Shown here piece after piece: positions 62,225 to 64,000 of a stretch of 64,000 bases of DNA; the first letter of the stretch is position 1, and each line of letters begins with the position of its first letter. The notes under the pieces are model-generated. The model made no database searches and was not told where the DNA came from. It saw only the letters and a program-made list of their open reading frames with translations. A program made the translations under genes and the position numbers. The stretch is from Squalus acanthias (Eukaryota): contig CM059432.1 in NCBI GenBank assembly GCA_030390025.1, forward strand, positions 37,512,001 to 37,576,000, read 5' to 3'.

Positions 62225-62872
62225 CTCCTACTTCCACCTCCATAACAAGGCCCGACTCCACTCCTGCCTCAGCTCGTCTGCTGCTGAAACCCTCATCCAT
62301 GCCTTTGCTACCTCTAAACTTGTTTATTCCAACACACTCCTGGCTGGCCTCCCATCTTCCACCCTCATAAACGTGAGGTCATCCAAAACTCTGCTGCCCG
62401 TGTCCTAACTCGCACCAAGTCCTGTTCACCCATCACCCCTGTGCTCGCTGACCTACATTGGCTCCCGGTTAAAATTCTCATCCCTGTTTTCAAATCCCTC
62501 CATTGCCTCAACCCTCCCTATCTCTGTAATCTTCTCCAGTCCTACAACACTCCGAGATATCTGCACTCCTCCAATTTTGACCTCTTGCGCATCCCCAATT
62601 TTAATCTCTCCACCATTGGAGGCCATACCTTCAGCTGCCTAGGCCCTAAGCTCTGGAATTCCCTCCCTAAACCTCTCCGCCTCTCTACTTCTCTTTCCTC
62701 CTTTAAGCCTCTCCTTAAAACCTACCTCTTTGACCAAGCTTTTGGTCATCTGCCCTAATATCACCTTATGTGGCTCGGTGTCAAATTTAGTTTGATAATG
62801 CTCCTGTGAAGCGCCTTGGCACGTTTTACTATGTTAAAGGCGCTATATAAATGCAACTTCTTCTTGTTGTTG
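62225..62872 (+). mobile_element. L2 LINE 3' fragment
   Basis: LADLHWLPV...GPKLWNSLP...LLKTYLFDQAF and an L2 tail. Confidence 0.88.
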
Positions 62873-63144
62873 TAGAAAAGTGTAGGCTTTGGGGAGATTA
62901 GATTGTGGTATTTAAAATACTATTAGTCTGTGTCCGGGTGGATAGACTATTTGAATTAAATAGATCAGGGAGAACTAGTGGATGTGAGTATAAAATATGC
63001 AAGCGCAGAACTAGGTTAGATATCAGGAAGGTTTTCTTCTTGCAGAGGCTCATAGATGTCTGGAACAAGTTCCCGGCTCATGCAGCGAGTATGGATTCAC
63101 TGCAAACGTTCAAAAGGACGCTTTTTGAAAATTCATCACGGGAT

Positions 63145-63590
63145 TTCCCATCCCTAATTGTCCTTGAGAAGGTGGTGATGAGTATTTATGTGGCTGGTCC
63201 AGTTAAGTTTCTGGTCCATGGTGACCCCCAGGATGTTGATGGTGGGGGATTCGACGATGGCAATCTCATTGAATGTCAAGGGGCGGTGGTTAGACTCTCT
63301 CTTGTTGGAGATTGTCATTGCCTGGCACTTGTGTGGTGTGAATGTTACCTGCTACTTATCAGCCCAAGCCTGAATGTCGTCCAGGTCTTGCTGCATGCGG
63401 GCACGGACTGCTCTATTATCTGAGGAGTTGCGAATGGAATTGAACACCGAGCAATCATAAGCAAACATCCCCACTTCTGACCTTATGTTGGAGGGAAGGT
63501 CATTGATGAAGCAGCTGAAGATGGTTGGACCTAGGACACTACCCTGAGGAACTCCTGCAGCAATATCCTGGGGCTGAGATGATTGGCCAC
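63145..63590 (-). mobile_element. Fragment of the tRNA-headed LINE family (RT region)
   Basis: Collinear with 51325-51810. Confidence 0.8.
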
Positions 63591-63834
63591 AACCAGCTGG
63601 ACGAATTTCTAGCTGAGGTTGCTATCACTGGGTGCAATAGATAGGTGAGTTGTTGGGTGATGTGCCTTATGGTCACTGTGGTCTCCTGGAACTCGTTTTA
63701 ATTGCCTTCAGGGATCAGAGATGAATTTCCCAGAATTCTTTTTTCCTGAATTAGAAAGCCTAATTTATATTTAAATCTTTGATTCCAAGAGATAATTAGT
63801 TTCAATCCAAGCAAGACTAGCTTTCAGTTACCTG

Positions 63835-64000
63835 AACTAGAAAATTTCATTCACTTTGCTTCCAATTTCCACCCTTCCCTCACTTTCACATGCTCTTCCC
63901 TTTCCTTCCTTGACTTCTCTGTCTCCATTTCTGGGGATAGGCTATTGACAAACATTCACTACAAGCCCACTGACTCCCACAGCTACCTGGACTATACTTC
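63835..64000 (+). mobile_element. Penelope-like RT fragment, cut by the window edge
   Basis: NFHPSLTFT...FLDFSVSISGDRLLTNIHYKPTDSHSYLDY, typical of the Penelope RT C-terminal part. Confidence 0.75.

Larger units (their letters stand above)
60060..63120 (+). mobile_element. Old, heavily degraded CR1 ORF2 fragment hosting a V-SINE, a MITE and an L2
   Basis: Remnants NVVPIFKK, YLDFQKVFDKVPH, LYKTLVRPHLEYYVQF and FFLQRLIDVWN in the expected order. Confidence 0.75.

Noticed and set aside
34010..64000. Exons of a neighbouring host gene such as PHF20L1, the mammalian neighbour of TMEM71
   Set aside because: No recognisable host coding exon found by eye; small or non-coding exons cannot be excluded.

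Overview
Repeat-dense vertebrate genomic DNA, most likely from a shark or other cartilaginous fish (HE1-like V-SINE, SacSINE1-like Deu-SINEs, abundant CR1). One host gene is recoverable: TMEM71 on the minus strand, 8 coding exons, ATG at 16569, probable stop at 2577, about 314 aa. Upstream lies a degraded but nearly complete minus-strand endogenous retrovirus (about 37479-46470) with gag, amber read-through pro-pol, env, PPT and a 393-bp 3' LTR; its 5' LTR and gag start are lost. Its Pol carries an extra domain of about 190 aa between protease and RT with paired HxT/HxS motifs, a candidate 2H phosphodiesterase, and its Env is not gamma-type. Other content: two long solo LTRs and a fragment of a second LTR family; Penelope-like elements with a GIY-YIG ORF and hammerhead-ribozyme cores; a single-ORF LINE with a tRNA-like head plus an internally deleted derivative; CR1, L2 and Tx1 fragments; Harbinger-type and hAT MITEs; and a 21-bp purine minisatellite. 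All calls come from reading the sequence by eye; no searches were run.
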